Below are positions 9,332 through 19,011 of a stretch of 64,000 bases of DNA, in pieces (position 1 is the stretch's first letter; the number at the start of each line of letters is the position of its first letter). The stretch is taken from contig OZ220733.1 in assembly GCA_965116875.1 (NCBI GenBank), positions 3,456,001 to 3,520,000 on the forward strand, written 5' to 3'. The position numbers and the translations under genes are program-made. Below the pieces are notes generated by a model. The model was not told the DNA's origin. It searched no databases and saw nothing but the letters and a program-made list of their open reading frames with translations. The stretch is from Candidatus Latescibacterota bacterium. Lineage in GTDB: Bacteria; Latescibacterota; UBA2968; GCA-2709665.

Positions 9332-9772
9332 GTGCCAAGCGAATTCCGGACCACGCGAAGAGTTGAGTTTTCGGATACGGACATGGCCGGGATTGTGCAT
9401 TTTTCCCGGTTTTTCGATTTCATGGAGGCGGCCGAACACGCGTTTCTGCGTTCGATCGGCACGAGCGTGGCGGGCACATGGGAAGGGCGCAGGGTCGGAT
9501 GGCCCCGGGTGGGCGCGTCGTGTGACTATCTGAATCCTGTCCGGTTCGAGGACCGGCTGGATGTGCGGTTGAAAGTGATCCGAAAAGGGACGAGTTCCAT
9601 AACCTACGGTTTTGAGTTCCGGCGTGACAATGTCCTTATCGCCCGCGGCCGGTTGAGCGCGGTGTTCTGCGAGTGCGCCCCGGGAGAGCCGCTCCGTTCC
9701 ATGCCGATACCCGACTTCATCGCCGATCAGATCCAGGAGGCGAAGGATGGAGGGGACGATGCTGAGGGCTGA
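9332..9772 (+). CDS. Acyl-CoA thioesterase (4HBT/YbgC hot-dog fold)
   Basis: RRVEFSDTDMAGIVHFSRFFDFMEAAE motif; GTG at 9332 follows GAGG RBS (track ORF from 9266 runs through the REP). Confidence 0.88.
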   Translation: MPSEFRTTRRVEFSDTDMAGIVHFSRFFDFMEAAEHAFLRSIGTSVAGTWEGRRVGWPRVGASCDYLNPVRFEDRLDVRLKVIRKGTSSITYGFEFRRDNVLIARGRLSAVFCECAPGEPLRSMPIPDFIADQIQEAKDGGDDAEG

Positions 9773-10415
9773 GCGGGTATCGAAGCAGTATGGCGACGTA
9801 TCCGTCTTGCGGAACGTCTCGTTCGAGATGGCGCCCGGTCAGTCGATGGCAGTTGTCGGGCCTTCGGGGTCGGGCAAGAGTACGCTGCTGCACGTGATCG
9901 GCACGCTGGACAGACCGTCCTCCGGCCGGGTGGCGTTCGACGGCCGGGACCCATACGCCCTCTCCGGGAAGGAGCTCGCGCGCTTTCGGAACCAGGGGAT
10001 CGGATTCGTCTTCCAGGACCACCATCTGCTGCCTCAGTTTTCCGTTCTGGAGAACGTGCTTCTGCCGACGCTGGCGTTCCGGGACGAGAAACGGGACGCC
10101 GCTGCAAGGGCGCGGGACCTGATCGAACGGGTCAGTCTCGGGCATCGGACCCACCACCGCCCCGCCGCCCTGTCGGGGGGAGAACGCCAGCGGGTGGCGG
10201 TGGCGCGAGCGCTGGTCAACAGGCCGGCGCTGCTTCTTTGCGATGAGCCGACGGGCAGTCTGGATCGGGCCCGGGCGAATGAGGTCTTCGATCTGCTCTT
10301 CGAGTTGCACGCTCAGGAACAGACCATTCTGATCGGCGTTACGCACAGCCCGGAAATGGCCGCGAGATTCGAGCGCCGGATGTCGCTGCGGGAGGGAACT
10401 TGCGTAGAAGCCTGA
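9759..10415 (+). CDS. ABC transporter ATP-binding protein (LolD/MacB-like)
   Basis: Walker A GPSGSGKST, FVFQDHHLL, LSGGERQRVAVARAL, LLCDEPTGSLD. Confidence 0.92.
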   Translation: MLRAERVSKQYGDVSVLRNVSFEMAPGQSMAVVGPSGSGKSTLLHVIGTLDRPSSGRVAFDGRDPYALSGKELARFRNQGIGFVFQDHHLLPQFSVLENVLLPTLAFRDEKRDAAARARDLIERVSLGHRTHHRPAALSGGERQRVAVARALVNRPALLLCDEPTGSLDRARANEVFDLLFELHAQEQTILIGVTHSPEMAARFERRMSLREGTCVEA

Positions 10416-13400
10416 CGTTCTTCTGGCGAATTCATCTGTCCGTCCTGCTGGGTGTGGCCGTGGCCACGGCTGTGCTCACCGGCGCCCTGCTGGTGGGCGA
10501 TTCGGTGCGCGACAGCCTGACAGACCTGACCCTCGACCGTCTGGGCGAAATCGACCACGCGCTCGTTTCGGAGCGCTTTTTTCGTGCGGGTCTTGCGCGG
10601 GACGTCGAGAGGGCGAGCGATGGACTGACCGTTGTACCGGCGGTGACCCTCGGGGGATCGGCGGTGCATGCAAGCGCCGGGACACGGGCCTCCCGCGTTA
10701 CCATTCTGGGTGTCGATTCCCGGTTCGGGGAGCTGTTCGACGAGGAAATACCCGTCCCGGACCGCCTCGGCGCCGCGACGCCATTCGTCGCCAATGAGTC
10801 GCTGAGGAGCGAACTGAACGCCCGTGTGGGCGACGCGGTCCTGCTTTCGTTCGAGCTTCCTGCCGACGTCCACAGGGAATCGTTGTTTGGGAGGGAAGAG
10901 GTTTCAGAGTCAATACAGACCGTACGTGTGCGGCTCGCGGGCGTCGTGCCGGACCGGGGGATGGGTCGTTTCGGATTGCGCGCGCGGCAGGATGCGCCCC
11001 TCAATGCTTTCGTGTCCCTGCCCGTATTGCAGGAAACGCTGGGGTTGCCCGGCCGGGTGAACATGCTCCTGGTCTCCGCGGATTCGCACGGCCCCGGCGA
11101 TCCGGCGCATGCGCTTTCCCGGGCTGCAACGCTGGATGATCTGGGGCTCACGATGCGGGTGGATGCCGGCTATTTCTCGGTTGAGAGCGCGGGATATCTG
11201 TTGAAGCCCCACGTCGCCCAGGCGGTTCTGGGTGTGGCGGATGGGATTGGGATGCCCCGAATGGCGGTACTGACCTACCTGGCCAATACCCTCCGGGTGG
11301 GGAACCGCGAATTGCCCTATTCGACGATTGCCTCGATGGACGCGGGGGGCGTCGGATCGCTGCGACTGGCGGACGGGCGACCGGCGCCGGTCCCCGGAGA
11401 GGATGAAGTGCTGCTGAATGCCTGGGCGGCGGCGGATCTTCACGCCAGGACCGGAGACACCGTGGACGTGGCCTATTTCGAAGCCGGGCCGAAGGGCGCG
11501 TTGAACACGCGGCGGGTCGCGTTTCGCGTGGCCGGCGTCGTCTCCATGGAGGGATTGGGCGCGGATTCGCTGCTGACGCCGGCGTTTCCGGGACTTCACG
11601 GCGTGGATGACATGCACGCGTGGGACCCGCCCTTCCCGGTGGACCTGAAGCGTATACGGCCCGAGGACGAGGCCTACTGGGACGCTTATCGCGCCGCCCC
11701 CAAGGCCTTCGTGTCGTCCGCCACGGGACAACGACTCTGGCGAAGTCGATTCGGCAGTCTGACCTCCATCCGGTTGGCGCGCGCGCCGGGAATGGACGTC
11801 AGACAATCCGCCGGGCGATTTCGGTCGGGAATCCGGGATGCCCTCACGCCCGAATCCGCCGGATTGGTCTTCCAACCCGTGAGAAAACAGGGTCTGGCCG
11901 CTTCTTCGGGGTCTACGGACTTCGGCGGTCTGTTCGTTGGATTCAGTCTGTTCCTGATTGTCTCGGCGGCGTTGCTCGTTGGCCTCCTCTTCCGGCTCGG
12001 AGTGGAGCAACGCGCAAACGAGGTGGGCGTGCTGATGGCGTCGGGTTTTGCGACAGGCACGATCCGAGGCCGGTTTCTGCGTGAGGCCGTCTGGCTGTCC
12101 GGGTTGGGGGGCGCGATCGGGCTTGCGGGAGGACTGGCGTACGGATGGGTCATGATCACGGGGTTGCGCACCTGGTGGGCCCCGGCCGTCGGAACCGGCG
12201 AACTCTCGCTGCACGTGAACGCGTCCAGTCTGACGGCCGGATTTCTGATTTCGCAGGCTGTGGTCCTGTTCACGATTTTAATGACGGTCCGGCGATTGGG
12301 CGCACTGCCCGTACGCTCTCTGCTGTCCGGTACCGTTCAACAGCCGGACGCCGCCGGCGGGCGCCGGATCAAAGCGTATGCGATCGGAAGCTTCGGACTG
12401 GCGGCGGCCTGCCTCGCAGGCGCGTCAGGCGCTACGCGCGAAGCTGCGATTGCGCTGTTTTTCGGTTGCGGTGCGTTTCTGCTGATATCGGGCATATGTG
12501 TCCTCGCCATCCGGTTGCACGGACGCCGCCGCGCAGCGGAGCCGGGGATCTGGAGTATGGGTGTGCGGAACAGCGCGCGCAATCCGGGGCGAAGCCTCCT
12601 GTGCGCTTCGTTGCTCGCAAGCGCCTGTTTCGTGGTTGTTGCGGTTGGCGCCCATCGCCGTATCGATGCCGGCGCGGATGCGTTGAACAGCCGGACGTCG
12701 GGTGGAGGCGGGTTTCAACTCGTCGCCGAATCGGATGTGCCGCTCTACCACGATATCAATTCGGAGGACGGCCGGTTCGAACTGGGGTTTTCCGTTGAGG
12801 ATGCAGGGATCCTGGACAGCGCGCGGGTCATGGCGTTCCGCGTCCTGCCGGGAGAGGACGTGAGCTGTCTGAATCTCTACAGGCCCCGCCATCCCAGAGT
12901 TCTGGGCGTGCCCGATGCGTTCATACGACGGGGCGGCTTCACCTTCGACCGGCTCCTGGCGGAAACGGAAGAGCCGTGGACTTTATTGACGCGACGACCG
13001 GAACCGGATGTGATACCCGCTTTCGGAGACGCGAACTCGGTGACCTGGATTCTGCACATGAAACTGGGCGACGAGATCCCGATCCGAACGGACACGGGCG
13101 AGGTCGTCAGGCTGCGTCTCGTGGGACTTTTGAAGAACAGTATCTTCCAGAGTGAACTGCTTGTGTCCGAGTCGAATTTCACCGCGCATTTCCCCGAACG
13201 GAGCGGTTATGGGCATTTTCTGATCGAGACCGACCGACCCCGTGAACTGGGGGCGCTGCTGGAGCTGAGGTTACAGGACGCCGGTCTGGATGCCATGACG
13301 GTCTCGGCCAGGCTGGCCCGTTTCCGGACAGTGGAAAATACGTACCTGTCGACGTTTCAGACGCTGGGCGGTCTGGGGGTGCTTCTGGGTACGTTGGGTC

Positions 13401-13720
13401 TTGGGATCGTGATGGTGCGCAACGTCATCGAGCGGCGCACCGAACTGGCGGCGCTGAGGGCGCTCGGGTTTCGCAGGTCGACGATCTCGGTACTTCTGTT
13501 CGTGGAGAACGGATTCCTGATGGCAACGGGCATGGCAATCGGCGTCGTGGCCGCGATCGTGACGGCGATACCCCATGCCTCCGGCGGCGGCCTGCCCTGG
13601 ATGTCCTTAATGGCCACGCTGGGTCTTATACTCGGCGCCGGCCTGGCCGCGGGCGCCGCCGGAATCTTCGCCGCGCTGAAAACCCCGCTGTTGCCGGCGT
13701 TGAAACGGGAAGGAGCATGA
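10400..13720 (+). CDS. Large ABC permease with two FtsX/MacB-type domains
   Basis: N-terminal TM segment, two large periplasmic regions, EQRANEVGVLMASGF and ERRTELAALRALGF motifs; TTG start after GGAGGG. Confidence 0.88.
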   Translation: MRRSLTFFWRIHLSVLLGVAVATAVLTGALLVGDSVRDSLTDLTLDRLGEIDHALVSERFFRAGLARDVERASDGLTVVPAVTLGGSAVHASAGTRASRVTILGVDSRFGELFDEEIPVPDRLGAATPFVANESLRSELNARVGDAVLLSFELPADVHRESLFGREEVSESIQTVRVRLAGVVPDRGMGRFGLRARQDAPLNAFVSLPVLQETLGLPGRVNMLLVSADSHGPGDPAHALSRAATLDDLGLTMRVDAGYFSVESAGYLLKPHVAQAVLGVADGIGMPRMAVLTYLANTLRVGNRELPYSTIASMDAGGVGSLRLADGRPAPVPGEDEVLLNAWAAADLHARTGDTVDVAYFEAGPKGALNTRRVAFRVAGVVSMEGLGADSLLTPAFPGLHGVDDMHAWDPPFPVDLKRIRPEDEAYWDAYRAAPKAFVSSATGQRLWRSRFGSLTSIRLARAPGMDVRQSAGRFRSGIRDALTPESAGLVFQPVRKQGLAASSGSTDFGGLFVGFSLFLIVSAALLVGLLFRLGVEQRANEVGVLMASGFATGTIRGRFLREAVWLSGLGGAIGLAGGLAYGWVMITGLRTWWAPAVGTGELSLHVNASSLTAGFLISQAVVLFTILMTVRRLGALPVRSLLSGTVQQPDAAGGRRIKAYAIGSFGLAAACLAGASGATREAAIALFFGCGAFLLISGICVLAIRLHGRRRAAEPGIWSMGVRNSARNPGRSLLCASLLASACFVVVAVGAHRRIDAGADALNSRTSGGGGFQLVAESDVPLYHDINSEDGRFELGFSVEDAGILDSARVMAFRVLPGEDVSCLNLYRPRHPRVLGVPDAFIRRGGFTFDRLLAETEEPWTLLTRRPEPDVIPAFGDANSVTWILHMKLGDEIPIRTDTGEVVRLRLVGLLKNSIFQSELLVSESNFTAHFPERSGYGHFLIETDRPRELGALLELRLQDAGLDAMTVSARLARFRTVENTYLSTFQTLGGLGVLLGTLGLGIVMVRNVIERRTELAALRALGFRRSTISVLLFVENGFLMATGMAIGVVAAIVTAIPHASGGGLPWMSLMATLGLILGAGLAAGAAGIFAALKTPLLPALKREGA

Positions 13721-13876
13721 ATGCGCTTTCGGCTGTCGAATGGCGGATTTTTCCGGGGCCGGACAACAAGGTTCAGCGGCCAAATTAAGAATACTGTTTT
13801 GGGATCGCAGAGTGTATCTTCAATGAAAGGCACGTAGCAGCACTTCACCGATCATACGTCGTGAAGGGAGCATGAA

Positions 13877-15172
13877 ATGAATCGAATGACTGTGATCCTG
13901 ACCGCTTTCTGTCTGGTGGTTGTCGCCGGACCGGCGGCGTCGAACTGGCCGCATTGGCGCGGTCCGAACCGCAACGGGCTGGTCGACGGGAGTCCGCCCG
14001 TACAGTGGAGCGAACAGAAGAATATCCGATGGAAGGCGCCCATTCCAGGCCTGGGGCACGCAACGCCGATTGTCTGGGGCGACCGTATTTTCGTGCAAAC
14101 CGCGGTGAGGACTGACAAACTTGCTGCGGACACCGGCAAGGGAAGGCGACGCCCGCCACCCAATCTGTTTCAGTACAGGGTCCTGGCGCTGGACCGGCAT
14201 ACCGGGGAAACCGTCTGGGAAAAGACGGTTCGGGAGGCCCGGCCTCACGAGGGAATGCACCGCACGGCATCGTTTGCGTCTCCGTCGGGCATCACGGACG
14301 GAGAGAACCTCTATGCGTATTTCGGATCACAGGGGCTTTATTGCCTCGATATGGACGGCAATCTGAGGTGGGAGAAAGACCTGGGCAAATACTGGAGCAG
14401 AAGCGCCTTCGGCGAGGGGGCTTCGCCGACGATCCACGGCAACGCGCTGTTGATCAACTGGGACCACGAAGGGGACTCGTTCATCGTCGCGCTGGACAAG
14501 AAAACGGGAAGGGAACTCTGGCGCAAGGCTCGAGATGAGGTGACGTCCTGGTCCACGCCGCTGACCGTGGACCGCGGCAAGCAGACCCAGGTGATCGTGA
14601 GTGCGTCGGCCCGCACCCGGAGCTACGACCTGAAAGATGGGGCGCAGATCTGGGAATGCGGCGGCCTGGGGACGAACGTGATACCGACGCCGCTGTATGC
14701 AAACGGGGTGGTGTACGTGGCCAGCGGTCACAGCAGTCCCGCCATGCAGGCCATCTCGCTGGATACGGCAAGGGGCGATATCTCGGATTCGGATTCGGTA
14801 CTCTGGTCGATAACGCGGGATACCCCGTACGTGTCGTCACCGCTGCTCGATGGCGACAGGCTGTTTTTCGTGAAAGGCAGGGGGGCGTTCCTGTCTTGCT
14901 ACAATCCCGCAACGGGCGAACCGCGCTTCGGGCCCATACGTCTGAACGGGATCGGCTTCGTCTACGCGTCTCTGGTTGGCGCGGACGGCCGCGTGTACAT
15001 TTCCGATCTGGACGGGAAGACGCTCGTCATCAGGAACGGCCCTGAATTCGAAATCCTGGCGACGAACACCCTGGATGAAGGGAGCGGGGCGTCCCCTGTG
15101 GTTGTGGGGGACGCGCTCTATCTGAGGGGGCGCAGCCACCTATATTGTATCGCGGAAGACCGGAAGAATTGA
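13877..15172 (+). CDS. Secreted PQQ-binding-like beta-propeller protein
   Basis: Signal peptide, NWPHWRGPNRNG, repeated SP..G/W blades, C-terminal ASPVVVGDALYLRG. Confidence 0.85.
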   Translation: MNRMTVILTAFCLVVVAGPAASNWPHWRGPNRNGLVDGSPPVQWSEQKNIRWKAPIPGLGHATPIVWGDRIFVQTAVRTDKLAADTGKGRRRPPPNLFQYRVLALDRHTGETVWEKTVREARPHEGMHRTASFASPSGITDGENLYAYFGSQGLYCLDMDGNLRWEKDLGKYWSRSAFGEGASPTIHGNALLINWDHEGDSFIVALDKKTGRELWRKARDEVTSWSTPLTVDRGKQTQVIVSASARTRSYDLKDGAQIWECGGLGTNVIPTPLYANGVVYVASGHSSPAMQAISLDTARGDISDSDSVLWSITRDTPYVSSPLLDGDRLFFVKGRGAFLSCYNPATGEPRFGPIRLNGIGFVYASLVGADGRVYISDLDGKTLVIRNGPEFEILATNTLDEGSGASPVVVGDALYLRGRSHLYCIAEDRKN

Positions 15173-15212
15173 CAGACTTGAAACCCGTATCCGAAACGAG
15201 AGAGGAGTTTCG

Positions 15213-16211
15213 ATGAACCGCTTCCTGGCATTGAAACCAGCGTGCGTTGCATCCTTCATCCTCCTGCTGGGTGCGTCCGGGTGCGAAGGGCCGGACGATT
15301 CGCGGGAAACGTCCGCGCCGGAGCGCCGGTTCCTGAGCGTGGGCACCGCGCCCCCCGGCGGCGCGTTCTTCGTGGTTGGCGGGGCGATCGCTCAGGTCGT
15401 GGACGACCACGGAGGAGAGCTGTCCTGGGACGTGACCGCGGAGGCAACCAAGGGGACGCAGGAAAACATCCGGCGCCTCGTGCGCGGCGAACTGGATTTC
15501 GCGCTGGCCAATGCCGCGATTTCGTATTTCGCCGTGAGAGGCGAGGGCGCCTGGGGTGAAAAGCACGAAATCAACGCCGTCATGACGCTGGCGCCGAATA
15601 TCGCCCTGTTCGTTACGCCGGAGGGGTCCGGGGTCCGCGCCATCGACGATCTCAAGGGCAAACGGGTGGTCGTTGGTCCTGCCGGGGCCGGTTTCGAGTA
15701 TTTTCTTGCGCCGATTCTGGAGGCGCACGGCGTCACCTATGATGACTTCAGCCCGTTACACAATACGCAGGCCGGGGCTGTGGATATGCTTGCGGACGGC
15801 TCCGCCGCGGCCGCGTTTCTGGGCGGCGCGGTTCCCACGGCGTCCATCACCCAGGCAAGCGCCTCTCAGGACATTCACTTTATCCCCTTCGGGGTCCCCG
15901 AAAAGGAACGCCTGTTCCGGAACTATCCGTTCTTCAACGCGGCGAGTATTCCCGCGGAAACCTATCGCGGCCAGACCGAAGCCTTCGAAGGGTTGAACGT
16001 GGGCGCGATGCATCTGGTGACACCGGCCGCCCTGGACGAGGAGACCGTGTATCGTTTTACCAGAATCCTGTACGAAAATCGCGCGGACGTGGTCAGGAAG
16101 CACCCCGCGGGCAAAGCGATTCATCCGGCGAACGTGATTCGGGACACGGGGACGCCCTTCCATCCCGGCGCGATCAGGTATTACCGGGAAATCGGGATCT
16201 GGCCCAACTGA
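15213..16211 (+). CDS. TAXI-family TRAP transporter solute-binding lipoprotein
   Basis: Lipobox-like LGASGC, GTAPPGGAFF, C-terminal PFHPGAIRYYREIG. Confidence 0.9.
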   Translation: MNRFLALKPACVASFILLLGASGCEGPDDSRETSAPERRFLSVGTAPPGGAFFVVGGAIAQVVDDHGGELSWDVTAEATKGTQENIRRLVRGELDFALANAAISYFAVRGEGAWGEKHEINAVMTLAPNIALFVTPEGSGVRAIDDLKGKRVVVGPAGAGFEYFLAPILEAHGVTYDDFSPLHNTQAGAVDMLADGSAAAAFLGGAVPTASITQASASQDIHFIPFGVPEKERLFRNYPFFNAASIPAETYRGQTEAFEGLNVGAMHLVTPAALDEETVYRFTRILYENRADVVRKHPAGKAIHPANVIRDTGTPFHPGAIRYYREIGIWPN

Positions 16212-16212
16212 C

Positions 16213-18144
16213 ATGCTCGAATCGTGGTTCTTTCGCATCCTGGCGGCCCTGCTGGGGTTCTTTGTCCTGGCGGAGGTCAACTATCCGGGACTGACGCCTC
16301 AAGCCCAACTGGCATTCTTCGCCATGTTGGGCTTGAGTCTTGTATTCCTGAAGCACCCGTTATGTGCCGGGACCGCCCGGACGCCGCTTCCCCGGATTCT
16401 GGACTATCTGCTCGTCGCGGGTGTTTTCCTCTGTTTCGGTTACGTGCTGGTCCAGACTGAACCGGCGTTCAGAAACTGGTGGCCGGACGGCCGGAGCCTT
16501 GGCAATCGTGCCGGGCTCGAACAACCGCTGGACTGGACAGTGGGTCTTGCCGGCCTGATCCTGGTCCTGGAAGCGACCCGCCGGGCGATCGGCCCGATCC
16601 TTCCCGTGCTCGCCCTCGTCTTCCTGGCATACGCCGCCTTCGGTCACGTCATGCCGGACTGGCTCTTCCCGCACCGGGGCTACGGCTGGGAACGGATCGT
16701 CTCCCAGACTTTTCTGCATTCGCAGGGCGTATTCGGCATTGCGCTGAAGGTGATGTTCACCTACGTGTTTCTCTTTGTGCTGTTCGGCACGGCGCTGGAG
16801 GGGACGGGAGCGACGGGCTACGTGCTGGATGCCGCGCGCCGGTTTTTCGGAAAGCGCACCGGCGGCTCCGCGAAGGTTGCCGTCGTCGCTTCGGGGATCA
16901 TGGGATCGCTTTCCGGAAGTGCGGTCGCCAACACGGCCACAACGGGTACGTTCACGATCCCGATGATGCGTTCGGCAGGATTCCGGCCCGTGACGGCCGG
17001 GGGAGTCGAGGCGGCGGCCAGCTCGGGTGGGGCGCTTGTGCCGCCGATCATGGGAGCCGGCGCCTATATGATGCTGGAGATGGTGGAGCCGGCGGTCACC
17101 TATCTCGAGATCGTAAAAGCGGCCCTCATCCCCGCGGCATTCTACTATACCGCGCTTCTCCTGATCGTCCACTTCCACGCCCGGCGCATCCGGGTTGTCT
17201 CGGGGGATGAAGCGCCCTCGAGTCGTCCGCCGGGCGCCCAGGGCCTTGTCTTTCTGGTGGCCCTCGCGAGCCTCGTCCTGTTGATTGTTGCGGGTTATAC
17301 GCCGTTCCGGGCGGTCAGCATCGCGCTGGCGTGCATGCTCCTGGCGGCCGCGTGGACGCCGTCGACGCGAATGGGGCCGCGCGCGATGCTGCGCGCGGTG
17401 GAGAGCGCGGCTCACGGCGGCGTGTCTCTCATCGCGGCTGCCGCCTGCGTCGGAATCATCATCGGGGTTGTCACGCTGACGGGGATCGGCGCCAAACTGC
17501 CCGGCGCCATTCTGCCGCTGGCGCAGAACAACCTGGTCCTCGCCCTGATTCTGCTGATGGTCTCCACCATCATACTTGGAATGGGCCTGCCTTCGGCCGT
17601 ATGCTATCTCCTCATGGCCACGCTTGTCGGACCCGTCCTGGGCGGGTTGGGCGTTGCGCCCCTGGCGGCGCACATGTTCATCTTCTACTTCGGGATGATG
17701 TCCATGGTGACGCCTCCCGTGGCGCTGGCGGCATACACCGCCGCGGCGATCGCCAGGGCGGACATCATGCGCACCGGCGTCGCCGCGTTTCGATTCGCGC
17801 TGGTCGGCTTCGCCCTTCCCTATGCCTTCGTGCTGCATCCCGAACTGCTTCTCGTCTCCTCCGACGCTGCGTCGACCCTCGTCAACGTGCTTGTTGCCTT
17901 CGCCGGGATTCTACCACTCGCGGTGGCCATATCGGGATTCGGTTTCGGGCCCGTCAATGCGTGGCAACGCGTCATTCTGCTTGTGGCGGCGCTTGTGCTG
18001 TTTCTGACGCCTTCCGGCGCGTATCGGGTCTGGCTGCAGGCATCCGCCCTGCTGGTTTCAGGAATCATCGCATTCGCAAACCGTCAGGCGGCCCGCGGCC
18101 TGTCCTCGTCATCGGACGATCGCGCTGATTCGCCGCACCGGTGA
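16213..18144 (+). CDS. TRAP transporter fused 4TM/12TM permease
   Basis: GGSAKVAVVASGIMGSLSGSAVAN, EAAASSGGALVPPIMGAGAY, LGMGLP, TPPVALAAY. Confidence 0.92.
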   Translation: MLESWFFRILAALLGFFVLAEVNYPGLTPQAQLAFFAMLGLSLVFLKHPLCAGTARTPLPRILDYLLVAGVFLCFGYVLVQTEPAFRNWWPDGRSLGNRAGLEQPLDWTVGLAGLILVLEATRRAIGPILPVLALVFLAYAAFGHVMPDWLFPHRGYGWERIVSQTFLHSQGVFGIALKVMFTYVFLFVLFGTALEGTGATGYVLDAARRFFGKRTGGSAKVAVVASGIMGSLSGSAVANTATTGTFTIPMMRSAGFRPVTAGGVEAAASSGGALVPPIMGAGAYMMLEMVEPAVTYLEIVKAALIPAAFYYTALLLIVHFHARRIRVVSGDEAPSSRPPGAQGLVFLVALASLVLLIVAGYTPFRAVSIALACMLLAAAWTPSTRMGPRAMLRAVESAAHGGVSLIAAAACVGIIIGVVTLTGIGAKLPGAILPLAQNNLVLALILLMVSTIILGMGLPSAVCYLLMATLVGPVLGGLGVAPLAAHMFIFYFGMMSMVTPPVALAAYTAAAIARADIMRTGVAAFRFALVGFALPYAFVLHPELLLVSSDAASTLVNVLVAFAGILPLAVAISGFGFGPVNAWQRVILLVAALVLFLTPSGAYRVWLQASALLVSGIIAFANRQAARGLSSSSDDRADSPHR

Positions 18145-18630
18145 GTGGTATCCCGCACCCGTCATCGCACGAAGGACGTCATCGGCTTCCTGAACCGAAA
18201 GCACGCCATCCAGCACGCAGGCCTTGAGGATTCCGATCGTCCCGGTAACCGCAACCCCGCTGTCGAAGCAACAGTTCCGCGCCGTCCGATCGTCCGTTGC
18301 GACCACGCCAACGCGGGTCTGCGCCAGGGTAACGCAGGACGCCTCTCCCGGCGAGAGGATCCGCAGCCATTCACGATAAATATCGCGTTCTTCGGCAGAA
18401 AAGCTTCCGGCGCCGGTAAATTCCCCTCCGGCGACAGCGTTTTCGACCTCGTGCAACTCTGAATATCCCGCCACGATTCCGTCCGCAATCTCGTCCAGAA
18501 CCTGCGGCGTGATCACTGCGCGCGGGCCGTAACGGTCGATGAGCAGGTCAAGCCGGCCCGAAAGGGCGAAATTGCTCAGGGTTACGGTGTCCATATAGTA
18601 GTCGCAGCCTGTCTCAGGCACGGGCTGCAT
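18109..18630 (-). CDS. PIN-domain toxin-like protein (DUF3368-like)
   Basis: DTVTLSNFA, GEASCVTLA, ATDDRTAR, TGTIGIL acidic PIN motifs; overlaps antitoxin stop. Confidence 0.8.
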   Translation of the reverse strand: MQPVPETGCDYYMDTVTLSNFALSGRLDLLIDRYGPRAVITPQVLDEIADGIVAGYSELHEVENAVAGGEFTGAGSFSAEERDIYREWLRILSPGEASCVTLAQTRVGVVATDDRTARNCCFDSGVAVTGTIGILKACVLDGVLSVQEADDVLRAMTGAGYHSPVRRISAIVR

Positions 18631-18928
18631 CCTCGTCCCCGTAGACGTTGCGCTGGGGGATACCGTGTTCCTCGAGCCACGATCTCAACTGCAATACGTG
18701 CATTCCCATTTCTCTGGCGAGCTTTCCAAGGCTGATGAACCCGCCCTGGTACGCGGCCAGCGCCCGGCTCTGCCGGAGCGGCAACTCGGCGAACGCGGTC
18801 TGGTAGCAGGCCGAAATCGCGTCTCGAACAAGCTGACCCCTGCTTTTTCGACGGATTTCGGAGAGTCTTTTCAACCTCAGGTCCGTTTCGTTGTCGATCT
18901 TGACGTGCAGCGTCTTGTCATTGGCCAT
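18614..18928 (-). CDS. Putative antitoxin, RHH DNA-binding domain fused to UPF0175-like domain
   Basis: MANDKTLHVKID...SRGQLVRDAI (RHH) and YQGGFISLGKLAREMGM (UPF0175-like); GGAGG RBS before ATG at 18928. Confidence 0.75.
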   Translation of the reverse strand: MANDKTLHVKIDNETDLRLKRLSEIRRKSRGQLVRDAISACYQTAFAELPLRQSRALAAYQGGFISLGKLAREMGMHVLQLRSWLEEHGIPQRNVYGDEDAARA

Positions 18929-18954
18929 TCGCGCCTCCACGGGCATATGAAAAT

Positions 18955-18970
18955 TTGTATGAATATACAA
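18955..18970. promoter_or_regulatory. Putative TA autoregulatory operator
   Basis: TTGTAT-gaat-ATACAA inverted repeat in the AT-rich region just upstream of the antitoxin. Confidence 0.5.
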
Positions 18971-19011
18971 CATATTATACATAAATACCAGATTAAGTAC
19001 AATATGGCGCG

